A stretch of DNA of 64,000 nt from Eledone cirrhosa (GCA_964016885.1 OZ024742.1:242792001-242856000); one strand, 5' to 3'; numbered from the stretch's first letter, positions 41,887 to 56,840 are shown. Numbers and translations are program-made. Notes: a model not told the origin generated them from the letters alone.

Positions 41887-43177
41887 ATCTATCTCTCTCT
41901 CTCTCTCTCTTAGTTATATTAATATTGAAAGGATTTGGAAATTTGATGATGTATTTCAAATGTTTTCTTTGGTTTGTATGTTTAATATACACTTTATTTT
42001 TACACTTGTAGTTTTTCCTTGTGAAAATGTTATTATATAATATAATATTTTAGTATATTATACTTGTTTGGGCACAGAAATTCAGCGTACCAGGGTAGCT
42101 ACAACTCAAGCTCCAGTCCTACAGATTTAGCTCATCTTAATGCCGTTTTTCTTGAACAGCTTCTGAAATATAAAGCCGTTTTCCAACTAGAACAAGGAAA
42201 GTTTTTATAACTATGGTTGTTACACAAGTATTGTATGGTGAGTTATACCATATAACATATATTATCTTAGTCTTTTAGAGATGATTCTATATGTTGATGT
42301 GTATTTTATTCTTTCTTGGTATCAGCTATGTGATACTGCCCGTCTTAGTTCTCTGCATTCCTGTTGGGGGTGACTACATCGAAGAATAATGCTCATAACA
42401 TTATGCTGGGGCTTATTGACACATGCTTGATGATGCTGGACCTGTGTTTGGATTGGGTGAGAATGTAATGGGATGTTTTGGGGGTCCTGAAAGGCCTCAC
42501 ACGATTCCGAGTTTAGTTTAAGCGTGGCATGCGAGACGTTTACCGTTGTAAGGTTCGCTTCCATCGTCATGCTCAGGCTGAATTTGCTATATACTCTAAC
42601 TATTTATATTTTGTGTCAGTTGTGAACCCACTTGTGTTATTTAAAAAATATGAACCTGTAATTCTTGTGTAGGCCCAGATTAATACCATTAAAATACGTC
42701 TTCATTTCGTTGGGCAAGAAAAATCCTGATTAGGGTGGTGATAATAAAATAAAAAGCATAAATTAATCCAGAGCAGTAAAATTCACTGTAGCATTGGTGC
42801 AAATGGCTGCTTAGTGACGTGGGATTACAAATCATGACATAGATTGGTACATGATATTGATTTCTAATACTGGCACGAAACCACCGATGATTAATACATA
42901 ATATTGATTGTTTTACAGATAGGAACTACATAATTAGAACGTAATAACGTCTAATGCGTTTTTCTCGGTGAGAATTGAACTATGCATCTACCACTGACTG
43001 CAGGAGCTCCGGCAGAGAATAACCCATTCCGGTTGTTAAAATACATGATTGCTAAATAAATATATCAATAAATATATAATTACATATGTCAAGTTTTTAT
43101 TAATTTTGGTGGGTTTTTTTAACATTAGGAATATTTTACAACTCAAAATAATCGCTATCACGTGTGATTGCCGTCTT

Positions 43178-43445
43178 TCATCGTTTAAGAATACACATGA
43201 TTCCATCCTTGTAGGATTCCTCTGATTTCAATGCAAAGGATTCCCTCAGCCACCGATGTAACTGGTCTTCATTGGTGAAGGTCTTTGACTGCATTGCATT
43301 GTTCATTGAGAGAAAAAGGTGATAATCTGTAGGCGCGAGGGCAGGCGAATACGGTTGGTAGGACAGAACCTCCCAACCTAACTCCAGCAGCTTCTCATGG
43401 GTCATTCTTGATGTATGCGACCGAGCGTTATCATGAACGGCTGGA
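43178..43445 (-). mobile_element. Mariner transposase C-terminal fragment
   Basis: HDNARSH and PYSPALAPTDYHLF. Confidence 0.85.
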
Positions 43446-43733
43446 ACGTACTGTCCAACCCAATACATTTTGAATGGGGGAGGATGTACAAGAATGACAG
43501 CGAAGTCAGTACATCGACAAAAAAAGAAAATGGTCACGTGCCTAAGTTACTCCCTTTACATTCTGAGTTGAAATCAGGCAGGGGTTGATATTTTTCTATT
43601 TCCACTTTCTGAGATCGATAAAATAAATAGCAGGCTTACACTGGATTTGATTCCATCAACTGCTTTCAAGTGCGACACACATAAAAGTACATCTACCAAA
43701 ACAGTTGCTTCTATACAGGTAAGCACCCTAGAT

Positions 43734-43928
43734 GAGGCATGTCAAACATGCGGCCCGCGGATCGCATGCGGCCCTTTACAAGCACACCTGCGGTCCTCAC
43801 AAAGGTTTTTACAAAGCGTAGTATAAAATAAAAAATTGTAATGTGCGTAATTAGTTGTTATGTGTGGCCCTCAGACAACACATATATGGCCTATGTGGCC
43901 CTCGGGGAACCTCAGTTTGACATGCCTG
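43734..43928. mobile_element. hAT-type MITE (same family as 4263-4478)
   Basis: TIRs aggcatgtcaaac / gtttgacatgcctg and an exact 8-bp TSD ccctagat. Confidence 0.85.
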
Positions 43929-44299
43929 CCCTAGATAGGATCCGCAAAATGTCCATCAAGTTAAATGTCAATTTTTTGTCGATTTCCTACAACTAACATC
44001 CAGTAACAGAACAACTCATTATTTTTTCTCCCACTACTATAGAACCGTTACGAACAAATTACGCTTAAGTTTGACTGGTGTATCTATCACTCCTTATCTT
44101 ATCATCCTTACAGCCCCCCATTCAAACTCTGCACTAAACTATTGATCCAATTCTTACTCCAGAGATGTGGAACCGTTTGGAATTTTCCTCCAGTCCACAT
44201 TTTTCCTACATGTATCTCCCTACAGATGTTCGTGACATAAACACCATCCCCATTGATTTCAACACCTTTTCTGAGGCCTGTAAAATCTTCTGAACACCG

Positions 44300-44346
<47 letters not shown>

Positions 44347-44605
44347 CTATCTCTGTTTTATCTCTCTCTCTCTCGCTCTTTCTCTCGCTCTCACACACAC
44401 ACACTCTCTCTATATATATACATATATCACTTTCTCTCTTCTCTCTCACACTTTATTTATATATATATATATATCACTCTCTCTCCCTCTCTCATTCAGT
44501 CACCGTCTCTCTCTCTTTCTTTATTTCTTTCTCTCTCTCTTTCTTTCTTTCTCTCTCTCTCTCTCTATATATCTCTCTTTCTTTCTCTCTCTCTCTTTCT
44601 TTCTT

Positions 44606-44642
<37 letters not shown>

Positions 44643-44729
44643 ATATATATATATATATATATCACTTTCTTTCTCCCTCTCTCTCACACTTTCTCTATTT
44701 ATATAGAGTCATCGTCTCATTCAGTCATC

Positions 44730-44821
<92 letters not shown>

Positions 44822-47800
44822 CCCCTCCCCCTTTCTCTAATTAAATACTTAAAAATTAAAAAAAAACATTGAAATCTTCAAGATAAATCAAGAGGATAAA
44901 AAGAGAGAGATAAAAATCAGATGTCGCTATAATAACATTTGCCATTGCAACGAATTAATATTCCTATTATAAACAAGTAACCAATAGAAACAAAGAAAAT
45001 TATCAAAAGATCAACAGAAAACAGTTATAAATGAAATCTATTGATCAATGACTAGATCGATACATAGACATTCGACCTGTGTGATAATCTTTACTATGTA
45101 ACTGTATAGCCTACCTTATTATATATGTGAATGTGTGTTTAGTTCTAATTGTTGAAAATTGCAATAGAGAGTAGGCATACGAAAAGAATGGCTTAAAATA
45201 TAAAGGACGTATGGTTGTGTAAGACAAAAGGATGACAGTAAATGGAGCTCCCAACAGAAGTGGGATGCAGGGCCAGTCGGTACTTTGTTCCGGGCCCAAG
45301 AGCTAAGAAGGCCCCACAGCAACCATGCAACATCCATTTAAAAAAAAATCTTTGCTTGCTTCGGGCCCCAAAGGGGTCTTGTACCGCCTTGCAAAATTTC
45401 TGTTGGAGCCCCTGGTGGAATGTCGTGGGTTTATAGCTAGATCCATGGTGGACTTAGCAAAAGAGGCAGAGCAAAAATGAGAGGTAAGCAGAGAATGCTT
45501 TGTCATGGGTATGGCAGATAAATATGCTGAAATAACAAAATTGACAGCAAGGTTTGTGGGTGAGCCAATTGCAATGAAGACACCCGGCGTTCTTGGCCCC
45601 TGTGCCACATCTCTACTCACTGCTATCGGAACGGGGTTGGCAATGTCTTCTCCATCTTGTCCGCTGGGACCATGAAGCGGACAAATCCTTAAGTTTCATT
45701 TATGATGGTGGCATGTGGAATAAATTTATTTGCATTTTATTATATTATGTAACCAAGGGCGGTGGATTGGCAGTATCGGTAGAGCATCAGACACCATGCT
45801 TTGCAGTATAGAGTGACCTAAACATTTATCACCATCATTGAACAATGACTCCAAGTACATATTTCAATGAAGATATTTATCAATGTAAATATATTGATTA
45901 CGGTCTGAGTTCAAATTCCACCGAGGTTAACTTTGCCTTTCATTCTTACGGGGTCGATAAAATAAAGCACCAGTAACGTACTGGGGTCGATTTAGTCGAC
46001 TTTCACCTCCCTCCAAATTACTGGCCTTGTGCCTATACTAGAAATCATTATATTATGTAACCAGTGATTGACAACAGAACACTATAACATTTACTTGTTG
46101 TTATGTACTGACCGTTTCCAAACACTAAAAGCAAATCCTAGTTTTTACATAACTGGAGTGGTTATAGATATGTGGGAAGCGGTAGTGCTGGAAAATGACA
46201 AAATCAATATGAACTCCAGTCGGTAGCTGACTTTTGGAAAATGTCGGGTGAAGACGCACGGCTAAGTGGTTAGAGATTTGGGCTCACGATCGTAAGAATG
46301 TGTTTTCGATTTCCAGTTGCGTGTTGTGTCCTTGAGCAAGACACTTTATTTTATATTGCTCTAGTCCATTCAGCTAGCAAAAATAAGTTGTACCTTTAAT
46401 TCAAAAGTCCAGGTTTATCACACATTTGTGTCACGTTGAATCTCCCTAAGAATTATTAAGGATACACATCTCTCTGAAATACTCAGCCACTTGCACGTTA
46501 ATTTCACGAACAGGTTGTTCCGTTAATTGAATGACTGGGACACTCATCGTCAGAACTGACGGAGATGCAGCAATTGGAAATGTCTAGCAGTGCAAGTTGC
46601 ATGCAAAATATAATATAATATAATATAGTATAATATAATATAACATAATATATATGATATAATAGGTAATACTCTGTGTGTGGGGGGGGGGGGGGTCTGT
46701 GTGTCTGTGTGTGTGTGTGTAAAAGTTCATGGAACAGGACGCTTCATTTTTCTTCGTTAATTTAAAAAGCAGGTCTTAGCCTTGAAATATCATGAAATAT
46801 ATAGTAGATACGGAGTTCAATTCTTCGTAGCGGCTGCTACGTCTATAGGGACTGCTACATCTATAAGGACTGCTACATCTATAGGGCATTTTACCCTATT
46901 TTCCAAGCTATTATTTATAGCAATCGGTGACTATGGTTACAGTTATTTTCTGCGTTCGAGATTTCTACATTTTTTAAAGAATTTTAATCTAATCAACGCT
47001 CCGATAGTTTATTTTCGAAATATTACTTATTCTCTTTTCGTACTTTGGCAGTATCCGTAGGGCGTCAGAAAACATGCTTTGCAGCATAGAGTTATGATCC
47101 ATTAGATTCTGAGTTCAAATCCGGCCAAGGTTAGCTTTGCCTTTCATCCTTACGGGGTTCGATAAAATAAAGTACCCGTAACGCACTGGGGTCAATTTAA
47201 TCGACTTTCGCCCCTTCCCATCAAAAGTAGACACAATTATTTGATATATTATCTTATTTAGCTTATGTCTAAATCTGACTCTGCATTGTTGCAATATATT
47301 TTATAGTTGCGTATTTATAAAATCCTAAGATACGGAAGGCAATTTCCACCCATGCGAAATTCAAACTTTCAACCTATCGTAACGAAACTAAATAATTCAA
47401 TACATTTCACACTTTGGTATTTAAACCGGCTATATTCTCTCACCTCTTTCTGTTGAAACCGGCCACTCAAACCAATGTGGAGGTATTGTTCGCAAAATAA
47501 ATAATATCAAAATCTTATAGATTCGATATATTGTGAGATAATTATGTGAGGTAAAGCGTTTACCGTGAAAATGTAATAATTGTTTCTACTTTTGGCACAA
47601 GGCCAGCAATTAAATCAGTCTATTACTGGTACTTTATTTTATCGACCCCGTAAGGAAGAAAGGCAAAGTGAACCTCGGCGTGATCCGTAAAGGGACGTAA
47701 CTGTGCTGAAAAGCATGGCGTCCGACCCTCTACCGATACTGCCAATCCATCGCCCTGTAATAATAAATATAGAGTAATGTAGTTTACCACTAATCTAATT

Positions 47801-48649
47801 GTAATCTTAATTTTCCAAAGACTGATGGAAAATTGGAAACATATTTTCATGTATTTCTTAAAGACAATAGTGACTTCATCAAACGATATATAATTGTAAT
47901 TGAATTTTGATTGGAAACTTTGGTACATATAATAATCTATACGTATGTCAGTCTTTTTATTTGAAAATGAGTAGGGCGAAATAAGAGTCGTTTATAGCGA
48001 AAGATAACTCTTAAAATATTTTACAAGAGTAGCGTCCCTTGATATTTTGAGTTTTTATTATTTTTATTTTTGTAGCTGTAGTAAGGGAGACAATACTTTA
48101 TCAGAATCGGTTGAAAGTCGGATAGAATATTTTATAGTATTCGTTCCGCCTGTCTGAGCTCTGAGTTCAAATCCAGCTGAGATCAACTTTACCGTTTGTC
48201 GTTTCGAGGTCAATAAAAAAAAGTACACCAGTCTAATACTGGTAAGCAATTCTTACTAGCTCTCACTTGATCTATTTACCTCTGTCTCTGAAAGAAATCG
48301 GCTGGAGAAGAGATCAGCTCCGCCAAGAAACGCTGTATAATACTACGACGCCGCCACGTCTCCGCTAGGAGTTACAGGTACATACATTGAGATATTTCAT
48401 TAATATTCCTATGGCTCTGAGTTCAAATCTCGCTACAGTCGAATTTATCTGTAATTTTCCTGGGTGAACGGTTCTCTAAGATAAATGCTAAGTTGATTGT
48501 TCAATTACACCGATTATACCGACAAAAAGAAGTAATATTTAATGATTGATCTCTGCTAAATGTTTTATGACCATATTAATGATATTAGCACAAAATAAAG
48601 TTAGTAAAAGAGTAAATAAAAGAAAAAGAGAGGTTATATGTCTTAATCC

Positions 48650-49400
48650 GTATGGTGAGCAATTGGGGTCCCACGTGTTGGCCTTCCCACAGCCCCGGCA
48701 GACAGAATGGAGAAGGCGTTTCCCCGGAGGATGGTAAGGAGGATACGCTGGAAGATCCATTCCAACTCGCGAGGCTCACATCTGCTGCTGACCAGCTCAG
48801 CACCTATGGTGGTAATTAGGGAGGTAGCCCTAGAGCCAAGGACACCAAAATTCTCCATTGCCAAGGGCACGACAGTGAACCTGTCGGAGAGCGACCGGTA
48901 CTTGGGGAGTTTGACCTCCTCAGCCTGACGTGCAGCAGTACCTGGGTTAGTTGCAGACTGCACCAGGTTGCGGCTGGAGAAAGTGTCGCTGCAAGTAGCA
49001 TCCCAGACGAGGGGTTTACCACCGCGGAACGGGAAGATGGTCATACTGTCTGGCCTTTTGCCGTCCCCTCGGTCCAGCCCCACCGGCTCGAGCTGGGAGG
49101 GGAAGCCTGCAGCGTCCAAACCATGCTTTATGACCTCGTTGAAGGCAGCATGGCATGGAAAGCGGTCGGCACTGTGGCGACAGGAAAGCGGGTGTAGGCC
49201 ATGGTGGATCCACAGCGACATTTATGTGGCTCGCAGATCCGGAGTTCAAGCCTCAAGGAAACGCTGATGCGCAGGCTATCGTTATCCAGCTGCGTGCCAG
49301 TGGAGAAGGAGGGCAAGGCATGGAGCCAGGCACCACAGCCTTCAGCTTTTATAAACGACTGAGTACTCAAAGTTCTTTCAATACACTTAAATGCTAACAA
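48650..49400 (-). mobile_element. CRE-clade non-LTR retrotransposon 3' part (restriction-like endonuclease)
   Basis: [33 protein letters not shown] and LVWDATC. A more decayed copy lies at about 51040-51310(+). Confidence 0.82.
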
Positions 49401-50067
49401 GTTATCGATTCCGATTCAGGTATACTACATTTGCTCTGGATTGGCAGTATAGTTAGAGCGTCCGACAACACGCTTAGCGGAAAAGAGTTACGGCCCTTTA
49501 GGTTCTGGGTCCAAATCCAGCCGATGTTAGCTTTGTCTTTCATCTTTACGGGGTCGATAAAATAAAGTACTAGTCACGCACTGGTGTTGATTTAATCGCC
49601 TTTCCTCCTCTTCCAATATTCTTGGCCTTGAACCTAAATATTATAGTGCCATCAAAGTTTACGAACGACTGGCTAGAACTCGGAATATTTTAAACAAGTA
49701 AGAAACATTTTATTGTGTACAGGTTTTACATTAAAGTTATGCTGTTTGGTAGAACTGTAGCTCGAATAAATTTTAATCAATATATTTACATTGATAAATA
49801 TCTTCATTGAAATATGTACTTGGAGTCATTGTTCAATGATGGTGATAAGTGTTTAGGTCACCTTTGGATGGTATGAGTAATTAGTAACACAATAGTATAT
49901 GATCAAGCAGATCTATGATTAAAGGTATTCCATCTCCTTGTAAGACAGCAGGGTCTGTTTTGAAGATTCGGCTGCTATTTCTCTTAGGTTGAGTAACAAT
50001 ATATAGGCTTACTCATTGGTTCGTTAGAAGTAACACATTAATGTGCAAAAGAAAGACTGGGGGAGAC

Positions 50068-50233
50068 CAGTGCCGCATTTAGGACACATGAGGTCCTATG
50101 CTAGTTACGTTATGAGGCCCCAAACATTTGAAAAATTCATCATAAAAAAATTGGAGGGGGGAGATAGGCCCCCACTGGCCAACGGGGCTTGTGCTTACCT
50201 AAATACCTAAATACAATGGTAAATCCGGCACAG
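50068..50233. mobile_element. hAT-like MITE
   Basis: TIRs cagtgccgcattta / taaatccggcacag, with TSD-like ggggagac/ggagagac. Confidence 0.55.
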
Positions 50234-51349
50234 GGAGAGACATTATAGAATCTTGGCACACACTGTAATTGTGCGGTGTGAATGTTTCGCCACTCATTAC
50301 CTGCTATAGCCATCAACAGAATTGAGCCAAACCTTTCTCAAATCACATTTTGTCGCATTTAAAAAGCAAAGGTTATAATAAATAATAGTTTCTACTTTTG
50401 GCACAAGGCTAGTAATTACCCAGTGCATTACTGGTACTTTATTTTATCGAGTAATGCATTGGGGGTAATTGCTGGCCTTGTGCCAAAAGTAGAAACAGTT
50501 ATTTATTATAAATAGTGTCGTCCTAGAAGACGTGATGGTCACGACTAGAATACGTTTTATAATAGGTCTTCTCGTTCAGGAGATAACAACAACTGTACAG
50601 ACAGCGTAGACAGGGCAGATTGTTGCACTAACACGAAGGCAATGGATTGGGATCAAAGTAAGAAACGGAAAAATGCATTATGGCATTTAGTTTGAGTTTA
50701 AATTCCGTCAAACTTTGCTTTTCAACTATTAGAGGTCGATAAATAAAGTACCAGTTAGGTACTGGATCGATTCATATCACTATAATGCATCCTAGATGTG
50801 AATGGAATCATGCAAAAAAGAGAAATGATTAGTTAATTAATTAATAACAATTATACAGATGAGTCATTTTAGACAGTGGAATAATCAGACTGACCATGTT
50901 ACAGAGGTGTGACGAAATTTTTGACATATATTAGATTGTACAATTAGGAATTAAACATTAAGTGAATATAAAATTGGGCGTGTGTGTGTTCTTAAATGAC
51001 TAGAATTATTGTTTCAGTTTTCAAAACATAGTTGAGTTACTTCCCATAAAGCGTGGCTTAAACGCCGCGGGCTTCCTTTCGCAAGTGAGCCGGTTGGGTT
51101 GCACCAAAGCGGCGGCAGAAAGCAAGATGGCACCATAATCTTCCCGTTCCGCGGTAGTAAACCTGGGACGCAACATGAAGCGACAACCTGGAACATTTGG
51201 TGTCAAATCCATGCTTCGTTGCCTGACAAACCGAAGATGGCAAGCTGTTGACTTATCGGCCGCCCTCCGATAGGTTTGTCATCAAACCAGTAGCGGTGGA
51301 AACATCACGTGTAGCGAAATCTGTTCGTACATACAGACCCCTGAATGAC

Positions 51350-52160
51350 ATATGGCTGCTATTTCTCTTTATCTCGGTTAGAGTAGGTGGTCTGGAGATG
51401 TTGGCCAACTTGTGGTTAAATGAGATAAGTTTTTCTTTGGGTCATTCGACTCTGGTTCCCCGAAAGAGAAGCATCACTTCGAGTTGCTGAAGCAAGTAGT
51501 GAGATGTAGCACTTGACATTAAAAAAAGCTCCGGCCCTCTCGACAAGGGGCCGACAACAATTCTTCCATCGGCACTTCAACCACACAGTCATCTGCCTCT
51601 TCATATAGACAACCCAGCATGTACTGTTTGACTACAGCTTGTCACTTTTTAATCGAGCATAGCATCTTAAACAAAGATTCTCCAACACAACACAGAGGCC
51701 TTATTGAACACTGTATTCATTTGTGGTGAATACTACAATCAAACTTTATATTTTTATGATTCAAAGTAATCATATTCTTTTTGCTTTTTGCTGAAGTGAA
51801 GTAATGTTATATATTTAACCAAAATTACTGGTCTTTGTCGTCCACAACAAACAAAAACTTCGCTTCACACTTCCCTACTCACCACTGTCGGGGTGTGACA
51901 GAATTCAACTCTGTTTTACCTAGCGAAGATTCGAAATCGAATCCAAAAGTTCTCGTAAACGTTGGAATAGCAGGTGCAGGTGCTTTGTTCTTCATCGGAG
52001 CTGCTGGCCCCGAGTAAGTCGTCGATGTATGCATATACGAAAGGCAGACCTGTAAAACATAGTCTAATTCTGTGACAGGGGCAGAATTGGTCACCTGTAG
52101 GGATAAGCCCCACGTTTTAGAATGGCTCGACATCATCTGGTGGAACGTTTTCTCCATTCT
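51350..52160 (-). mobile_element. Highly decayed Gypsy-type RT/RNase H scraps
   Basis: TFHQMM and GLPFVYAYIDDLL, plus a weak DAS..G motif further downstream. Confidence 0.45.
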
Positions 52161-53186
52161 GACCGCCGAGACCACGAGGCCGCTTGCACCTGGAGTTCTG
52201 TACGTGAGAGAGCGTTTCCCTACGTTCGTCCGGGCCTATACCATTGAGGTAGTGAGGTTTGAGTACTCTTTCTCACATTTTTATCTTACAGCCTCTCTCT
52301 TACACACACACATTGTCAAATATAAATGTGAAATATATTTAACCTTTTCAAACAAAACCGCCGTAAGACAATTTTGTTAAATTATATTTCATATTCCAGC
52401 TTAAAATTAAAATAAAGTTAGTTACTTTACTAAATTCCTTCAAAATTTTTATTATTTTCAAATTTAATTGAAAGTGATGTAAATTTTTATTATTATTTTC
52501 AAATTTAATTGAAAATCATGTACCGGGTATTGCATTAGAAATTTGATCGTGAAAGGGTTAAGGTGATTCGAAACTAAGTAACAGAAACGGGAAATAAATT
52601 TGCGCATGCGCTTTTGGTAATCATGCAATATGCTTTTATGAACATAAATAACATTTCTAGGATTAAGTGTTCGAAAAATAAATAGTGTATAGATGTAATT
52701 ACTTATATTTTCTCTGACCGATTACTTTATCAGTGTTCAAAATGATATCGTTGAAAAATACATCTGACAGATCTGTACAGATTGTCTCACGTTCCTAACA
52801 TTTCAGGTTCATGGTATTGTACATGTTTTCTTTCTACGCTTTGTTGTTTATTTTCTGTTTTAATGTAAACAGTTGAATGCTGGGTACTAAATTACTATAA
52901 CAACATTGGTTTACCACCTATTACACAATTATTTATAATATGTAAATATGCTCACACTTTGGCGTATATAGCTAAATCAACGCCCCAAGTAATATACTTT
53001 AGCCCACTGTATATAGTAGATTGTTTTTGTTGATAAGTGTATTAGACAACTATTTGTTATGCACGGACACACCACTTATAATATAAAATTGTGTTTTCTG
53101 TAATTTATGATATATATGAGTGTGTGTATATATATATATATATGGAAAGTTATATTTAATATTGTATATATATATATATATATATA

Positions 53187-53936
53187 GGCGTTCCTTACTT
53201 TTAGCGGTGTCAAGAATGAAAGTAAATTTATTTTCATTTTCGAACGTCGTGTTTACATTTTGTGTGTCTGTTTAAACGAAACATGCTGGCGACGAAGCTT
53301 CTTTGCACGGCTCCATGTGTTCTCTATGAGCTGTGTGTGCACATAAGGGTCCACAGGATCTACAAAGTTCCGTTTGTGCACAAGAACATCGTAAACGTAA
53401 ATCCCACCTTCAATTTCCTCAATTTCCGAATAGGAAGCCCAACCATCTTGTAATGAGGCTTGCAGAATGGTGAGTCCATCATTGTCGAGATAGAAGAATC
53501 CAAATACTTCCATAGAAAGTATCATCGTAGCCTGTGGAGACAAGGCCACTGGGTCTTCGGCGCTTTTGAACGCCATTCTGGACGCTGCTGTCTTGTAGAA
53601 GTCCCAAATCGAAGCCGTGACACTCTCGTCCCCATCATTCAGCAGGGATTTTGCCAGGCAGCCGCATCATCTCTGATGGTTGGGCTTCCTATTCGGAAAT
53701 TGAGGAAATTGAAGGTGGGATTTACGTTCATGATGTTGTGGTGCACGAACGAAACTTTGTAGATCCTGCGGACCCTGATGTGCACACACAGCTCATAGAG
53801 AACACATGGAGCCGTGCAAAGAAGAAGCTTCGTCGCCAGCATGTTTCGTTTAAACACACACAAAATGTAAACACGACGTTCGAAAATGAAAATAAATATA
53901 CTTTCATTCTTGACACCGCTAAAAGTAAGGAACGCC
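53187..53936 (+). mobile_element. Non-autonomous Merlin (IS1595/ISXO2-type) element with ~260-bp TIRs
   Basis: VEIEES, WVFGAFER, IISDGWASY, HERNFVDP and HTQLIENTW. Arms 53187-53447 and 53675-53936 begin GG and end CC, within (TA)n. Confidence 0.85.
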
Positions 53937-54304
53937 ATATATATATATATATATATATATATGGAAAGTTATATTTAAATTGTTGGGTTAACAACGAGTA
54001 AATATTTATAACTGATATAAAAGCACTCAACAAGTATTTGGAGTATATTTATGATATTAAATAAATGGAAACTATATTTATAAAACCATATTTATTTCAT
54101 TATATATATTTCAGGGATATCATATTAACAATATGTTATGCCTTCTTCAGACAAAATACAATATAAACAGTCTTATAAATAAATAGATACGACATACCTT
54201 TCAATCGACTTGCATTTGGGAGGTTGATTTGGCAGTATATATATATATAACGAGATATATGTATATACAGGAAGAGAAAGCCATATATCTCAAGAAACAC
54301 ACAT

Positions 54305-54345
<41 letters not shown>

Positions 54346-55469
54346 TGCATGTTTGTATATATATATATATATATATATATATTCCCCGTCTATCCTATTT
54401 TTTCATCTGATGCAAGTATTGAGTGCTTATTCGGTTAATGTTTAACTATTTAAGTATAATGGTACTTTAAACAACCATTCTAATATAAAAATTTATATCC
54501 GTTTTGTTGACAAACACGATAATGTAAACAGCGTTTGAGTCAAAGAGGTAGCGCGTGCGCTTTCGCTCCACCTATTTACTGGAAATAGCAGCCAAATCTG
54601 CATAGCACACTATTAAAACTAATTAAGGGCAAGTTTGAAAAAAATCGCTATGATCATGTCTGGAATACCTTTAACTGTAGGTCTGTTTGATCAGGGCTGG
54701 TCTTGAGGTAAACAACAACAGTTTATTGAATAATTTAATTCTATGTCAATCCTAACACCTATACCCTAACCCGATAATGCATATAAGAACTAGAACAGAA
54801 GAAAGAAAACCCCATTTTTCTATTTTCAGCCACATTATGGATTTCATTAATAATTGTTTCTACTTTTGGCACAAGGCCAGCAATTAATCAGTGTATTACT
54901 GGTACTTTATTTTATCGACTCCCGTAAGGATGAAAGGCAAAGTTAACCTCGGCGGGATTTGAATAAAATTGATATATAATTGGTGGAGCACCAAAATTAT
55001 ATGAAGAATTTACTTATGCGGTGCCCCAGCAAAGGGCGGTGCCCCAGCATGGCCTCAGCCGGATGGCTGAAACAGGTAAAAGAGTAAAAGAGTATGCTCC
55101 TGTTAAGTTCTCATTTCAAAACGCCATAAATGAGAGGAAAAGGAGGGAAGAGCTAGAACTACCAGACAAAGGAAGAAAGAAAGGGAGAAGGAGTAACAGA
55201 CTCTACACCTAGGTCAGAGCGGTGTTTCGGCTATGCCTTGCAGACAAAATGACAAAGGCATTTCCACAGCATCCCACCTACCAGGGCTCGTTCTTCAGAC
55301 GTGCTGCTATCGATCCGTTTTTTTGTTTTTGTTTTTTGTTTTTAGGCGATCAGCTGTCCAGGGTCCGATGACGCCTGAGGTCTCGACGGCAACTGGTCAA
55401 AGAGGAAGAGGCCAGACAAACTCCAGCATTTGCTTGTCGTCTTGTCCTCTACAATGCGAGCCATGGTAC

Positions 55470-55620
55470 CATGTATGATGATGAGACATGGGATTATGGT
55501 TATGACTCAGAAACCAAATTCCAGTCCTCCCAATGGAAGCATCTATCATTACAAAAGCCCCCCAAAATACAAGAGGTTTGCAACAATGTGAAGGTAATGT
55601 TTACCTCTTTCTTTGACACA
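55470..55620 (+). mobile_element. Mariner transposase fragment
   Basis: DETW..YDSETK.QSSQW and KVMFTSFFD. Confidence 0.7.
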
Positions 55621-56034
55621 GTATACAAGAACTTAGCATCCTCATTGGCAGTATCAAGTGAAATGAAATGTGACAGGCAAGTAGTGCAACACTTCACACA
55701 CTGGCTGCTGGACAATGACTGATGCTTCCAGCAAGCTTGCCAAAAATTTTGCTTGCAGCTAGACTCTTTACATTTTTCTCTCCCTATTATCATTACTTTC
55801 CACAGGAAAAAATATACTCATATACTTTTTTGATATCTCTCATATATATGTATTTTTATGTAAGATATTCATAATGTTGTGTCCATAACACTATCTGTAT
55901 GAGTACCCTCTCATTTTGCTATTTTAATGCCAAATTTACATTGAGGGGTTATGTATGGTCAGCGAGTTGATATTTTCTATATCAATATAATATCATTGTA
56001 TATATATATATATAACCAAATAAAGAGATATATC

Positions 56035-56066
<32 letters not shown>

Positions 56067-56175
56067 AAGAGCCATATATCGCACGAGAAACACGGTATAT
56101 TGTATATATACCAAATAGATATTCTGTAGAGGAATACGTATATATATATGTACATATATATACATATATATCGCC

Positions 56176-56840
56176 TTGCGTAGATTAGAAAGAAACGAAG
56201 CCTGCATGCTCCGATGGATGTGTAATATACGCGAACGGCAAAGCATAAATGAACTCAGACAGAAACTGAGCATAAGAGGAATCAAATGCTGTGTGCAGGA
56301 GAGGCGGTTGCATTGGTATGGATATGTGATGCATATGAAGGATGACAGCTGCATAAAAAGGTGCAGAGCACTAGAAGTCGATGGAATCCGCAGAGTGGGG
56401 AGACCCAAGAAGACTTGGGATGAGGTGATAAAAGCCAACCTTACCCAATTACACCTCAAGGGCCATGACACACGACCGTGACCTCTGGCATCACACAGTA
56501 ATACAGAAAACCCGACCTCCTACGGGTATAAGCCAAAGCTGAAGCATATAGACAATATTCCCTCACCCCCTCCCACTGCAAGGTGGTCGTAGAGGTTCCA
56601 TGGCAAAAAAGCACCCAGCCCACACTGTAAAGTGGACGTGTAGGCGCCACTTATAAAAAGCACCCAGCACTCACTGTAAATGAAGCTGGTGTTAGGAAGG
56701 GCATCCAGCTTTAGAAATCAAGCCAGAAACAGTTCCTGTATGAGCAAGACAAGGTCAGCCGACTGGACACTGCCCACAACAGGACAACCCGTCTAACCCA
56801 TGCTAGCATGGAAGAACAGACGTAAAACGGTGATGATGAT
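56176..56840 (+). mobile_element. RTE-clade LINE 3' fragment with (GAT)n tail
   Basis: RRLERNEACMLRWMC..RRLHWYGYV..GRPKKTW. Sister fragments at about 59050-59655 and 59775-60230. Confidence 0.8.

Noticed and set aside
52600-52612. TGCGCATGCGC (NRF1-like site) as the VHL promoter
   Set aside because: A single short motif 6 kb upstream with no first exon identified.
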